Shown here piece after piece: positions 12,442-30,810 of a stretch of 64,000 bases of DNA. Both the position numbers and the translations under genes were made by a program. Under the pieces are notes generated by a model that worked only from the letters and a program-made list of their open reading frames with translations, did no database searches and was not told where the DNA came from. Every line of letters starts with the position of its first letter. Position 1 is the stretch's first letter. Origin of the DNA: the human T2T-CHM13v2.0 reference genome, Homo sapiens; NCBI RefSeq assembly GCF_009914755.1, contig NC_060927.1. The stretch is one strand, 5' to 3'.

Positions 12442-12698
12442 AAGTTGTAGCTATATTAGAAAATACAGTACTGCTACCAATTAAAATAAACACTTTAACT
12501 CTTAATAATAAAGATGGACCAAGTGCCTTTTGGGATTTCATAATAGTAATGCTTTCAACCTGCCAACTTTTGAGTGAATTCCAGGTAATAGCTATGAGAA
12601 AAGCAGTTCATGTAAGAATGCCACACAGCTGTCAGATTGTTTTGATTCTTGTATACACTTGATTTTAGTCCTAAATTAGATACATGGTTATTAGTAAG
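12442..12698 (+). repeat. Donor copy of a local ~250-bp duplication (second copy at 13844-14082)
   Basis: By-eye alignment: about 14 substitutions and one 18-nt indel. Confidence 0.95.
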
Positions 12699-13843
12699 AC
12701 TTCTCCAGCTTGATTCACTCGTCTAACCTGTCTCAGGCAATAATTGGCAGCTATAAATTAAATTATGTAGGTCACATTAGGATCAGTGCAGCAGTTTCTC
12801 CATCTGCCTATTTCTCATACCTTGTCATTGTCATTTACTTTTTAATTATACAATTATTTTAAAGAAGGTCAAGATAATGCAGCAAAGAGTTCACTTAAAG
12901 GTAGTTTCATATTAACATTCCAAAGCCCTTGTATGTTCTTGTATTACACATAGTATTTGATGATTCACAATGTAGTAGCACTCACTCACTGCCATATTTC
13001 CTCACCAAATCAGAAGGCAAGCAAAAATTATCTCTTTTTTTGGCCTACTATTGCACTCCTGATCTTTTATACTGCTTTTTGACTAGTGTAATATTCCTAA
13101 TATAAACGTTTCAATAGATTCAAAATCTGTTAAATAGTGTTTCAACTGGGTTCTGGTTGCAAGTTTTCCATCCATGCTTCTAGAGCTGTGATTTGTGAAA
13201 TCCACCCAGGACCCCAGGCACAGCCTGCCCAAATCATATGATTCGGCATTTCTTCCTCCCTTTTCCCAGTATAGGAATAACTTCAGAGATATTACGGGTT
13301 CAGTTCCTGACCAGCACAATAAAATGAATATAGCAGTAAAGCAAGTCAGATAAACTTTTTGGCTTCCTAGTGCATTCAAAAATTATGTTCATACTATAGT
13401 ATATTAAGTATGCAATAGCATTATGTCTAAAACCATGATGTACATGTCTTAATTTTAAAAGACTTTATTGCTTAAAAATGTTAATTATTATCTGAGACAG
13501 CAGCTAACTCTAATCTTTTTGCTATAATAGTAGAAGGTCTTGCCTTCATGTTGATGGCTGATGACTGGTCAGGGTGGTGGTTGCAAAAGGGTGAGGTGGC
13601 TGTGGCAATTTCTTAAAAGAAGACAACGACAAAGTTTGCCACATTGACTGACTCTTCCTTTCACAAAATATTTCCCTGTAGTATGTGATGCTGTTTAACA
13701 GCATTTTACCCACAGTAGAACTTCTTTCAAAACTGGCATCAATCCTCTCAAACTGTGCCCCTATTTTAACAACTAAGTTTATGCAATATTTGAAATCCTT
13801 TGTTGTCATTTCAACAACGTTCACAGCATCTTCACCAAGAGTG

Positions 13844-14082
13844 AAGTTGTAGATATATTAGAAAATACAGTACTGCTACCAATTAAAATAAACACTTTAA
13901 CTCTTAATAATAAAGATGGACCAAGTTCCTTTTAGGATTTCATGATAGTAATACTTTCAACCTAACAACTTTTAGCTATGAGAAAAGCAATTCATATCAG
14001 AATGCCACACAGCTGTCAGATTGTTTTGATTCTTGCATACACCTGATTTTAGTCCTAAATTAGATATACGGTTATTAGTAAG
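13844..14082 (+). repeat. Templated insertion inside Tigger1 (copy of 12442-12698)
   Basis: Non-Tigger sequence flanked on both sides by Tigger1 sequence. Confidence 0.9.
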
Positions 14083-14328
14083 TACCTACTTTCTTTGCTC
14101 ATCAGGAGCAACTCTTCATCCATTCAAGTTTTCTGGTGAGACTGTAACCACTTAGTCACGTCTTCAAGGTCTATGTCTAATTCTAGTTCTCTTACTATTT
14201 CCAGCACATCTGCAGCTACATCCTCCACTGAAGTCTTGAACCCGTCAATGTCATCCATGAGGATTGGAATCAATCTCTTCCAAACTCCTGTTAATGTTGA
14301 TATTTTGGCCTTCTCACAGGAATCATGA

Positions 14329-14667
<339 letters not shown>

Positions 14668-16627
14668 TCATGAATGTTCTTAATGGCATCTGGAATCCTT
14701 TCCAGAAGATTTTCAATGGACATTGCCCGGATCCCTCAGAAGAATCACTATCTATGGCAGCTCTGGCCTTATACAATGTATTTCTTAAAAAATAAGACTA
14801 GAAAGTTGAAGTTACTACTTGATCCATGGGCTGCACAATAGGTGTTGTATTAGCAGGCATGTAAACAACATTCATCTTGTACATCTCCATCAGAGCTCAT
14901 GAGTGACTAATTCTGAAAGGAATTTTTTTTTTTCCTGAGCAGTAAGTATCAACAATGGGCTTGAAATATTCGGTAAACCATGCTGTAAACAAATGTGTTG
15001 TTATCCAGGCTTTGTTGTTCCATTTCTATAGCATAAGCTGAGTAGATTTAACATAATTTTTAAAGGCCCTAATATTTTCGGAATGGTAAATGAGCATTGG
15101 CATCCACTTAAAGTCACCAGCTTGATTAGTCCCTGAGAATCAGCCCATCCTTTGAGACTTTGAAGCTGGACATTAACTTCTCCTCTCAGTAACAAAAGTC
15201 CTGCATGGCATCTTCTTCCAATATAGGGCTGTTTCATCTACATTAAGAATCTGTTGTTAGTGTAGCCACCTTCATGAATGATCTTTGCTAGATTTTCTGA
15301 TAACTTGCTGCAGCTTCTACATCAACATTTGCTGCTTCACCTTCCACTATGATGTTACGGAGATGGCTTCTTTCCGTAAACCTCATGAACCAACCTCTAC
15401 TAGCTTCCAACTTTTCTTTTCCAGCTTATCTCTCTCAGCCATCATAGAATTGAAGAGAGTTAGGGCTTTGCCGGGAATTAGGATTTGGCCTAAGGGGATG
15501 TTGTGGCTTCTATCAAGACTATTAAAACTTTTTCCGTATCAGCAATAAGGTTGGTTCACTTTCTTTTCATTTATGTAGTCACTGGAGTAACACTTTTAAT
15601 TTCCCTCAAGTTTGTCCTTGCATTCACAACATGGCTAACACTGTCTGGCACAGAAGGCCTAGCATTTGCCCTGTTTTAGCTTTTGACGTGTTTTCCTCAC
15701 TAAGCTTAATCATTTCTAGCTTTTGATTTAAAGTGAGAGATACACAAGTGTTTCTTTTACTTGAAACCTTAGAGGCCATTGCAGGGTTATTAATTGGCCT
15801 AATTTCAATATTGTTGTGTCTCAGGGAATAGGAAGGCCCAAGGTGAAAGACCAAGGAGAAGGAGAGAGACAGGGTAACGGTAGGTCCACGGAGTAGTCAG
15901 AACACATATATTTATCGATTAGGTCCACTACATTATATGGATGTGGTTTATGGCACCCCAAAACAATTACAACTGTAATATCAAAGACCTCTGTTCCAGA
16001 TCACCATAACAGATATAATAATGATGAATTATTATAATTATTATAAGTTTGAATTATTACTTATTCTCCAAAGAATCTCCAAAATGTGTCACAGAGACAG
16101 GAAATCAGCACATGCTGTTGGAAAAATGGGGCTGATAGACTTGCTCAACAAGAGGTTGCCTCAAACTTTCAATTTGTAAAAAGCACACTACCTGCAAAGC
16201 ACAATAAAGTGCTATGAAAGGAGACATGCCTGTTCATATTTATCACACTGTTTTGTAATCTTATAACTGTTGCTGAGTTGTATGTTTCTTTCTTTGAAAC
16301 ATATAACTTGTTGTTGTTGTTTCTCAATATATATTCCTCCCACAAACTTCCCTAATCATGTTCAAAGCAGCTAACACAAAAGGAATAAATTCAGGGTCAA
16401 TGATTTAGATTCTACCTGGATCTTTATTTCAGAAGTTTTCTTTTTCTTTTCTTTTTTTTCTTGAAATGTAGAATGACTTATAGACTTTTCTGAAATGTAG
16501 AGTGATTAGTAGACTTTTCAGAAAATATGTATGTATGTATTTGTTATTTCTCTGACTACCTTCCTGAGCCACTAGGCAAGTGACCTGCCTGTAGCTATTT
16601 GCTAAATTTTATTTAAAGGTACATCTT

Positions 16628-16695
16628 CAGCATCATGCAATATTGCCATGTAGCAAACCTGCACATGTACCCCCCTAAAATGAATTAATTTTTTA
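16628..16695 (+). mobile_element. Very short L1P 3'-end insertion
   Basis: CATGTAGCAAACCTGCACATGTACCCC motif; TSD-like AAAGGTACATCTT / AAAGATATATCCT. Confidence 0.65.
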
Positions 16696-17384
16696 AAGAT
16701 ATATCCTATTCTAAATTAGACTGGGTTTTACTTCAATTACAGAAGTCAAATTTACCTATAGAATACACTTACATGGTGGGAAGTACTGGAATGAAAATGG
16801 CAGAACTCAGTAAGTTTATTTCCCTCAGACTGCATTGTGGCTGATACTTTTACAGAGACAGATTTTATATTGTAGTATGGTCAGCTCTTTCATTTCATGA
16901 TGTATATAATTGATCATTTGAAGTGGAGTTTCTGTTGAGTCAGATGGAGGTAAAACACCATTCCAATTTTTGGCATTACTTAAAGTTAATACCAACTGCA
17001 TGGTTCATAAAAACAATTTGTTCATTAATTGTCTTCTGTACTCAATAATAAAAGCAGTATGTCAATACATTTACCTGTATGAGAAGTAGACCAAATGACT
17101 TATATAGAAACTGACTACTTAGAAGAGCTTATTTGGGGAACTGAAAAGAATAAAAATGAAATAGAAGATAGGACATAGAAATGAATGAAAACTTAAGAAT
17201 GGTTATTAATATGAAATCAATTGAGAATTCTTTTTACTTTGATATTTCAGTAAAAATTTCTATTGAATGCTTATAAAAATATCATTCCTTTTGCTTTTTG
17301 TTCTTTGCTAAACAGAGTGCTTCTGCAGTGACTAATCAAACCCCATCATAACAGGGGCTTGGATAGAAATTACTGTCCTTTTAA

Positions 17385-17729
<345 letters not shown>

Positions 17730-17840
17730 TCCAGTAATTTTCAAAGTGAGAAATAATCGTGGAAATGTGACTAAGTACATTAAATAATAGTTATTACATC
17801 TTTTTCATGTTGATATGTGTTTTTTTTTTTAAAGACATAT

Positions 17841-18020
17841 AGCTAGGCAAGGTGGCTTGTGCCAGTAATCTCAGCTTGCGAGGCTAAGGTGAGAGGATCA
17901 CTTGATCCCAGGAATTCGAGGCTACAATGCAGTAGTGAGCTAAGATCACACTGCACTTTAGCCTGCGCAAAAGAGAGCCCATCCCTAAACCAAAAACAAA
18001 ACAAAAACAAAAGGACAAAT
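17841..18020 (+). mobile_element. Alu monomer (FRAM-like)
   Basis: Single right-arm-like unit with an A-rich tail. Confidence 0.75.
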
Positions 18021-20470
18021 AAAACACATTTTAGTATCTGCAGTCTCATTCATAAAATTTCCAGAGGTCATGGTAAGGGGCAAAACAAAGAAGAAAACCT
18101 AACTTCTTCTCTTCTGTTTACCTCTTTTCATAGGTAACTGCTTTTTTCCTTTACCAGTGAAAAGCTGACTAGAAGAGGTGAGGAAGGAATTCAATTGGTA
18201 GGATAAACTAATTAAAATATTGCTGTCTGGTTCTTTTGTTCATTATTTGCAAATCCAGTTAAGTTATACTTTAAATAATTTTTTACAGGTCTTTCAAAAT
18301 GAAAGTGGGGTCATTAAGAAATGTACTTGCCCCATTTTTAAGAAGTAAAAAATTATGTCATCTATAGTAACATTTGGTTTTATAAGCTCCATATGGATTT
18401 TTTTTTGCTACTACCTTTAGCAATATTTTTAAATAAATTTTTCTGGAAGTTTGTTAATGATACTTTCTTTCAGAATGGAGTAAGATTTCCATAGACATGT
18501 CAAGTTTATATTCAGCACTATGTTCATCATTTCATCACTCCAAATTGTAATCAAAGTGAATAGATTTCTATTTTATTCTATGCAAAGAAAATTCATGTAC
18601 AGGAAATTACGTTAATCTCAATTTTAGATTAGGTAAAGTTCCCATGTGAAAACTGGTTCATTTTATATGACAGCATGTAGCATTTCCAGCTGCTTTCTCT
18701 CCCTAATCAAAACATTTGCTCACAAAAGCAGCTGCCACTATGCCTTGTTTTTAAACCATTTGCAAGAAATCAAACTGAGAACAAAGTACCCATAGTAAGA
18801 AAGCTCTAGCTTCTGGGACATGTATACTATAAAACGTCACAATAAGATAAAAAGGAAACCAGTTCACAGCCACTTTTTCTGTTTTGTTTGTTTTGCTCCA
18901 AAGTTTTGTTTCATAAAGCCCTAAGAAACAAAACTTACAACTAACAGTAATATAATGCAGTCTAGAAATTTATAAATAATCATTCTTTATGGAATACTTT
19001 TAAAATTGTATATCAGAAGTGCATATTACAGTGCAGAGTTTATGAAGTCAGATGAAATATTTTGGGAAAACAATATAGAGGATGAATTTCTCATCTAATA
19101 GTAAATTATTATTCTGAGCCATTATCTACGTCATGCTTATGAAGCTCCATTAATAAAACTTAATATCTTACATATGACCTTATATTTTAGATAGCATTTG
19201 ACTTAGATAAAAGACACATCACACTGAATTGGTGTGAACAACTATTTTGGAACACATGTTATAATCAGTGTTTGTCAAAGACATGCTACCCCTATTTATA
19301 CATTTTTAAAAGTACGTTTCAATATTAGCAAATTTTGTGCTGTTTGAAAGCTATATATTTAATTTTTAATGTTAATGTTATATTTTTGTAAAGGACTAAT
19401 TTCTCTTTGAAGTATCATCATATCAAAGGGAGAAAAGTGTAAATGTAGTTTAGGTCAGACTAACACATTTTACTTAATTTAAGCATTAAAAGATGTGTGT
19501 TCGAAAGATCTCAATCTCCACATGTTCCGCAAACAAAAACCAGACAAACAATACAATAAAACATCATGCATCTCATAGAAGTTGGAATAACCAATTACTT
19601 AAAAATTTTACCATCTGTTCTCATTGAAGCAGCAAGACAGGCATTTCCCCATGTTACAAACCATGATAATTAGAAAGTAACAATGAGAAATGCTAACATC
19701 ATTTTTCCCCTTTTTTATTTGCTGTGGGAGTTCTTAATGAAAATTTGAGCATATAAACAAAGGAAAAGAGAAGATATTCCCCCCACCCCACCTCCTAATT
19801 GAGTGCTTATATTCAGTAATAGCTTTTTGCTGCCCTGGGCCGCATGACACTGCCTCATTTGGCCACGCACAGCTATTATTCTAGGAGGCAGCTAGTGAAG
19901 TGCCCCAATCCATCTGCTTGCTTTTTCATGGGCTGGTGCTTTCCTTGATGTTGACAGCTGTCTTAATATTCCTGGGCCACCTGCCACACAGTAAATACTG
20001 TGCTCTAAGATATATACAGAAGCTTATTCCCTGGTGGACTTTTCAGAACAAAAACGCTTAGCATTACTAAACTACTCTTGCAGTTTAAATGCTTCAAGGA
20101 TCAACACTTTCATTCTATTCTCATACCTTTGAGAATGGTACTTACGTTGTGGGAATGGCAATTCAGTTACAGTGTGATGAACTTCAGGATTTCTCATATA
20201 TCACACAAGTTATTGAATTACAGTATTATAGGTGGAAATCAGGTGCTAAAAGGAGGCAGAGAAGAAGAGAGCATATTAACAGTTATCTCCTCTAGTGAGC
20301 CTTCCAGGAACCCTTCAGATTAAGTTGGGGATCCGTCCTATGTTTCCCATCTTACCCCATTTGCTCATCTTGCCCAATTAAACTTGCTCCTTGATGTTAA
20401 GCATTTGGTCTTATCTATCACCGTATCTCTATGTCTAAGAATGAGCATGTATCTGACACATAGTATGCAC

Positions 20471-21789
<1,319 letters not shown>

Positions 21790-23189
21790 CTGCAGGCACT
21801 CACTAAACGTCGGGGAATAACTGGATCAGTGAATTAATGACACTGTGCTAAATTAGTATCTCTAAGATCCTTACAGCTCTAAAATTTGACATTTTTACAG
21901 GCTTCCTAATGCAATCTTAGAATTTAGTATTTAGAAATTTGTTCATATGAGTTCAGGTTATAACAATGTAGGACATATAGAAAACTAATAAGTGCTCAGA
22001 AAGCAAATGAAGGAAAATTCAATGGTCATTGTTTTATGACTTTAAGCTATTTTGTCATAGACGCAATTTGTCTTAGTGTAAACATGGCATTATTTGTATT
22101 TACCATTCACTTAAGTGCTTTGCTGTGCTACCGAGTGGAGATCAGAGTATTGTTAGATATATTATTAGTTAAAACCATAATTCATTAATTAAATCCTATT
22201 GACTCCCCCCCATTTTTATTCCAAGAAAAACTTCCTGAACGAAGTACCCTCTGGGTAGGCACTGGGGCCTGGTTTGATCACAGAACAAGTCAGGGACAAA
22301 TGTGATAGTCATTCAATAATACGTTGGGAAGACAAATTATCATTTGGGCCTTTTAGCTGGAAGAAACAGTTTGCTTTATTACTCTCTTTGGGCTTTTTGG
22401 TAAGTGGGTCTTCAGTGGAGATTCTCTTATAAAATAATAAAGCTAGAATTGGGAACTTGTCTTATTCTAGTCTATTATCTTAGTCTTTTTCTATTTTCTC
22501 AGACTAGGCTCACAGAGAAATAGGAAAAATTTACCAAAGAGTAAAAAAGGATTAATCTTGAGGGATAGACTGAGATGAACCCGATTGATGGAAATCGGGC
22601 TGACTGAACTTTAATGGGTTAAATCCTGCCAGAACAAATGAGAATGAGTGTCTTGGCTCTATTGCAGTTAGTAGGAGCTGGAGGGCTTCTGGGAGGCAGC
22701 GTGGGGAGGCAGGGAGGCTCAATAGCCTCCAGCAGGTGCTGAAAGGACTTGGGGCTTATAGGTATGCAATCTACTTATGAGCAACCTTCTCCTCCAGCAC
22801 CCGAAAGCCAGAGGGGAGATTACTCCAAGGCTCCCCTCTGCTGTGGACATTTCATTTTTATCTCATTTACTTGTATACATTTTTTAATGAACAAAAGCCA
22901 TATCACTTCCTTGACGTCTACTCCAGGGGCAGCTTGCCTTCAAACAAAAACAAAACACTTGGGGTGAATGGGCCTCTCAGTATCTCCTGTACTAGCTGCT
23001 ATAGGGTATGAAAAACCAAGAAAAATCCATACCACTGTACTTAGACTTAAAACAAGTCTTAAGCACCCTTTGGTTCCCAGATTTCAGTGGCATCTGTGTA
23101 ACGACTGCAAAATATGTTGCAGCATTGACAAGCTTGAAATCATACTTTTTGATCAGTGCCGTTTTTGAAAGAGTTCGCAGGGAAGTATG

Positions 23190-24600
<1,411 letters not shown>

Positions 24601-27279
24601 CCCTCAGCTGGTATTTTTGCCATCTTATTTAAATTTTCTCAAAATGATTTTTAAAAGGAATTGTGATAATGCGTTCCCAAGACTTTCACCAAAATGGACT
24701 GGACATGTAAATGACGCCACCCTTCTTTATTTCTCATCTCTCCTAGAAACATTTGCCTCAAGTTCCCAAACAGATTCTGGAAATCAGGTTTCCAGCTGTC
24801 TTGGTTTCAGTAATCAAAATGTACCCTTTCTCTGTAATATTTTTATCTTTCCTTCACTTTCCCATGTTCAAAAATCAAAAAATTTTAGACATGCCTCATT
24901 TAAATGCCTGTTTCTGAGTCTTTTCATCCCCCCGAAGAAAGAGGGGTTAAGTAAAACGCAGCTCGCTTTCTTAAACTTATGAGAGGCTTACACTGTCTTC
25001 TCCCGAGATTGCACTAGAATGACCATTGTCATTGGAAGGACACACTCCAGAAAACCGTGTTTACTTCGGACTCAAGATTTCCTGGTGGGCTTAAAAAAAA
25101 TGGATAGGAAACAGAACTGAGAGTGAGCCAATTCCATTAGTATTCAGATTTTGTGATGTGATTTTAGTCGTTTGTGTGTTCCTCGGTTTCCCCGCTTGTG
25201 AAACATTTTCATTATGACCGTCTGTTAATAACATGCCACATGTTTCCAAGAAAGCTCCTACGATAATTGAGTGGTTATTCTCCTGGGACGTTTCAGCTAT
25301 TATTGCTCTGACTGTTGAGAGTTTAAAATTCAAAGTTACACAGAAGTTAAAAATAGTTTTTAAGTCTGACAGATCTCATCCAGGGTGTCAGCTAGTTCTG
25401 TTGGTGTGGGCAGACAGCCTGTGGTGCCTGCCACCGCCGTAACAGCACTAACAGTCTTGGATAATATGAACGCAGTCTGCAAGGAAATCCCAAGTAGGCG
25501 CAGCAAAAGTTGGGAACTTGAGAGTCAGTGTTAGAAAGGAGTAAGCAGGTCAAATTCAGGCTCATGTCAGTAATGGCCTGAAATCCTGCTTGCCTCTCTG
25601 CCCTATTTTGGCTTTTTAAGGCACTTCTCAATTCTAATTTCTTTACTGACTGGAGCTGACCCCTCCAGCAACTAGTTCCTTGTTCACCTACCACTTCTCT
25701 ATTCTCATCATCTCCAGATTGGCACAAATTATGGCTTTTCAACGATGAAGATTTTAATTGTGCTTATATCAACGCTAATTTTGTTCTCATCTTTTTTGGA
25801 ACTTGCCAGATGTTAGGGGGATAGCAGATGACCCTTTATGTGGGTGTTTTACTGTTTTAAATGAGCTTAAATCTTTCATTTCAAGGGCATAAACAAACAC
25901 AAAGCCTTTATTGAAAGTTTAATAAAACAAATGGAACCGCTTTATAGTACTGAATGTCCCAGTAACACAACACCCTGATGTTAACAAGATTGGAAACAGA
26001 ATTGCAATTTGTCACTGTGATCTTATTTCAAAATGAAAGAGTATTTTGGCTATTTCTCTTTGTGGGCATAAAAACTTTTATCATTATGAGAGCTGGGTAT
26101 ACCTTCTGTAGTGATGATTTTAGATGAAGAGGAGTACAAAATTAAAAAATAAACTAAAACATAATTATGAGACCCGTAAAAGTCGAATTTACAACATCCT
26201 GAAACTGTTTTTTTGCCTGCTCACAAAATGCGTACTGGGACAAACACCAGGTCTTTGGGGAGCTGCCATGCCTTGATACAGGTCTTCCAATATTTTACTG
26301 TTTTGAACCATAGGAAAATCTTTGTTTTTATGGTGTGCTGTGATTTATATGGGCTTCAGTTGGTGACAACACTTCATTATGTATTCTTTCTTTGTCACAA
26401 TTAAAGAAGGCCTATTAGCATCAACACTATTGTATATCCCAACTTAGGCGTAGGCACTCAAATTGCTTGATTGTACTCATATTAGGTGGTTGACCATTTC
26501 CAGGAAATGCTTATATTAATTTATTTTAGATGATAAAAAGGAAAACTGCAATTGAAGTTTTCATAGGAAACTCAAAAACTCCCAGAGTTCTGTGGATCCC
26601 AGTTTGAGAATCACTGGTGCAGTGTTAAGCCCAGTTTATAAGCATACAAGGAATGGACTCATTAGAAGTGATAGGGGAGACCAGGAAGTGCTTCCTGGTA
26701 GGGATGATTTTAACTGGGTCTTCAAGGAATTGGTGATGTTTCTATACAAAGAGAACTTAGGAAGAGAGAGAATAGGGAACAGGTATTCCGGGAAAAGGCA
26801 TTCCAGACTGAGCAAAGGCCTGCAAGGGGTTTATGATCTGTTAGGGGCTATATACATTAATGGGACAGAGTGAAAGGAGCAGTAAGAAATTTAGGTTGGA
26901 ACTGGGTTATAAAGGTCTCTAGACAAAATGTTTGGCTCTAGATTTAAGGCTCAGAGAATTTTTGCAAAAGCCTGTTATACAGATATTGCTGAAATATGAA
27001 ACTTGGAGGAATTCCTGCCTTTATCTGCTTCAAGAAATGATTGCTCAACTTTGTTTCTTGGCTGTATCATGCATGATGGACCTGTTTAAAATGAGTTCTG
27101 TGCAATGTTTGTAACTGTGAAGAGAGATGGTAAGGTGAGAACAGTATTTATCAAGGGCTGACTGTGCACTTACTTCTGGGCTGGGTACTTTTACTTGCAA
27201 CGTATCATGTAAATCTCACACTCAGCGTGAAATGTTGGTCCACTTTTACGATCTGACAATTGAAGAAACTGAGTTTGGG

Positions 27280-27482
27280 AGAGTGCTCAGTGATGGATGC
27301 TATGGGCGTTTTGAATGGAACAATTCTTTGAACTGGACTCTTTTGTCCTTTGCAAGATGTTTGGTATCCATGATTACACACACTAATTGCCAGTAGCATC
27401 CTCTGGTCATTGGGATAACTGAAAATTCCTCCACCCAGGTGGGTGGGAGGGAGAGTGATACCACTCCCAGTGGAGAGTGATT
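27280..27482 (+). mobile_element. MER3-like hAT MITE, next to a minus-strand MIR fragment (27140-27280)
   Basis: ACAATTCTT...TGCAAGATGTTT...CACTAATTGCCAGTAGCATCC...GTCATTG motif order. Confidence 0.6.
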
Positions 27483-29339
27483 ACCCTAAATCGTGAGAGG
27501 AGGTGAATGGGTGGGACCAGGCTGCTAATGAGCTGTGGTGTAGGAGGTACTCTGTACTGTCAGAAATGTCAGTAGTACTTCTGATGACCAGCATGGGAGA
27601 GCTATTGGCCTTCAGGTTAAACTACCAGTGTTGACAACAGCATCAGTTATGTGAGGAAAGGAAGCTTTGTTTTCTAAATTGTCATGATGATTGCATTTTT
27701 ATTGATTTGAAGCACTAAAAATAATTGGTAACTAGTTAGTTGGATAGGAGATACCTGTGTCACATCAGCAGTTCATGCCTTCAGTAGTGAAGATGATGAG
27801 AGAATTCCAGAAGTCTTTAGGGGTGTGTAATTTGTGAGAATCTTGTCCCCCTCTGCTCCTCTAGGTTAATTCAAAGCAAAAGCTTACTCTTGGCAGCAGA
27901 GTCAAAATATAGCCTGTTGTAGGGTATCAAAAGTCCACCTTTTCCAAGTGATTTCCATCTCTTGGGTTCAATAAGGTGTCTACCAGATGGCTAATTTGGG
28001 AATTCTATTTTTTGCTGTGAACATTCCTTGGAAATGGACTCAATTGTATGCTCTGAAAGTGTTAAAGTTGCAAAGGTACCACAAATTGACCTGCAGTAAG
28101 TTTATATAATCAGAACTTCTAACTTTATTGACAGTTATAACATTTTTAAGTTTTTTTACTCATAACAGCGGAAAATATGTAAAAAGGGTAATAGCAAGTT
28201 TTGTAAAATAAGAGAAAATATTCCCTCAAGACAAAATATTTTCTATCCAAAGTTCTGATGAAATATACCAAAGTCCAGATATAAGAAACGTTAGTTACCA
28301 ATTATTAAATAAAATGATAGCAACAAACTGTAGGTGGTTGTAAAATTAAGGAAAATAATCTAGGCTATATGCTGAAAAGAAGGAATCAGCATGAAGTAAA
28401 AGTTAAGGAGGTAATACCTACTTTGAGTCTGTTCAATCCATAAGTTAGAGTGGCTGCTTTGTGTCTCATATGGTGCAAAGCAATGTGGATATAACCATAA
28501 ATGGATGACCAAATATGCCTTCATAGAATTCACACATTAATGGAGGAGATAAAAGTGTACATCTCTGTTCTTAATATGAACTCATTATAAACCAAACATG
28601 TCTTTGGAGTGTGTGACTTGTTTCGTTCAGAGCATACTTAATGTTTCACGAATGTCATACGTTGTATGAGAACTTTAACTGGGCTTTCAAAATATGTTCT
28701 CACATTATTAACTTTTCTCCAAGCATGGTTTGGTTAGCTTCCTTTGCCAAGGCAGCATAGTGGGGGAAACATGATAGTAACTGCACCATCAAGGTGAATG
28801 GAAATGCTGCCCCTTGGTTCCTCTTGCTTTCCTCCTTGACCCTTCAGGCTTTGCAAGTCCTGGATAGAGGCAGAAAAGGGCATCCCTTCGGGAATCAACA
28901 TTCCAAAAAAGTGGCAGTGCTTTTTTTTTGATGGAAAGAAGTTGAGACAGGATTGCTAGACCCAAGGTCAGGGCCTTTGTCTTCATCTTTGCGTCCCCTT
29001 AGTTCAGGTGAGGAGTGACTGTTGATTGGAGCATTAAAGGACTTATTAGTAACATTCAGCTAGGGGTGGTACCCTCCCCAACCTTCAAGTAGGCACTTAG
29101 AAACACCAGGAAGGTTGATGCTGTTAGAGAACAAATCGAAGTTTTTCCACTAGTAATAAGTCATTCTTAGTGTTTATTTGGCAGTTGTACGTGGCCAAGT
29201 AATGGTACAACTCCATCCAGCAGGACTGTCCCTGAATGTTTTACTTACTCCCAGGAGTTTTTAATTGGAAGTATGCTAAAGCACTGAAACAAGAGCTTAA
29301 CCAAGTGTGTGTTTGTTTTCTTTCTTCCTAATCAATTAA

Positions 29340-29600
29340 TGATGACAAAAACAAACTAACCTTTATTAAGGCCCTACCCTTTATTAAGGGTACCCTTAAT
29401 ACCCTTTATTAAGCCCTGAGCTTGGAACTTTAAAAATATCAATTCACTTAATCCTCAGAGCAAACGTATCTTTACTCCCTTTTACAATATATAATTTAAG
29501 GCTTCAAGAGGTTCAGTAGGTAATCAAGTCTCACAATATTGGTAGTAGAGTCAAGAGTCAAGTTTTCCTTCCTGAATTCAAAGCCTACAGCATTATGTGA
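29340..29600 (-). mobile_element. MIR carrying a local repeat/palindrome expansion at 29359-29417
   Basis: TTCACTTAATCCTCA...TTTTACA...GGCTTCAAGAGGTTCAGTAG MIR motifs. Confidence 0.65.
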
Positions 29601-29819
29601 CAGCTTCCTCCGCTTAACTTGGGAAGACTCGTAAAAGAAGGCTGCCCTTAGAAAATGGTTTGGAATGGAAATAAAAGACAATGGCATGCAGCTGGACATC
29701 TGCCCAGATGGACTGGGTCAGAGCTATGGACAATCAAGAATTATACTCCTGAGAGTTGGGAGAGGAAAATAAATGCACACATTTATGCAGGTTATAGATT
29801 TATATTTAAATACAAAGAA

Positions 29820-30810
<991 letters not shown>

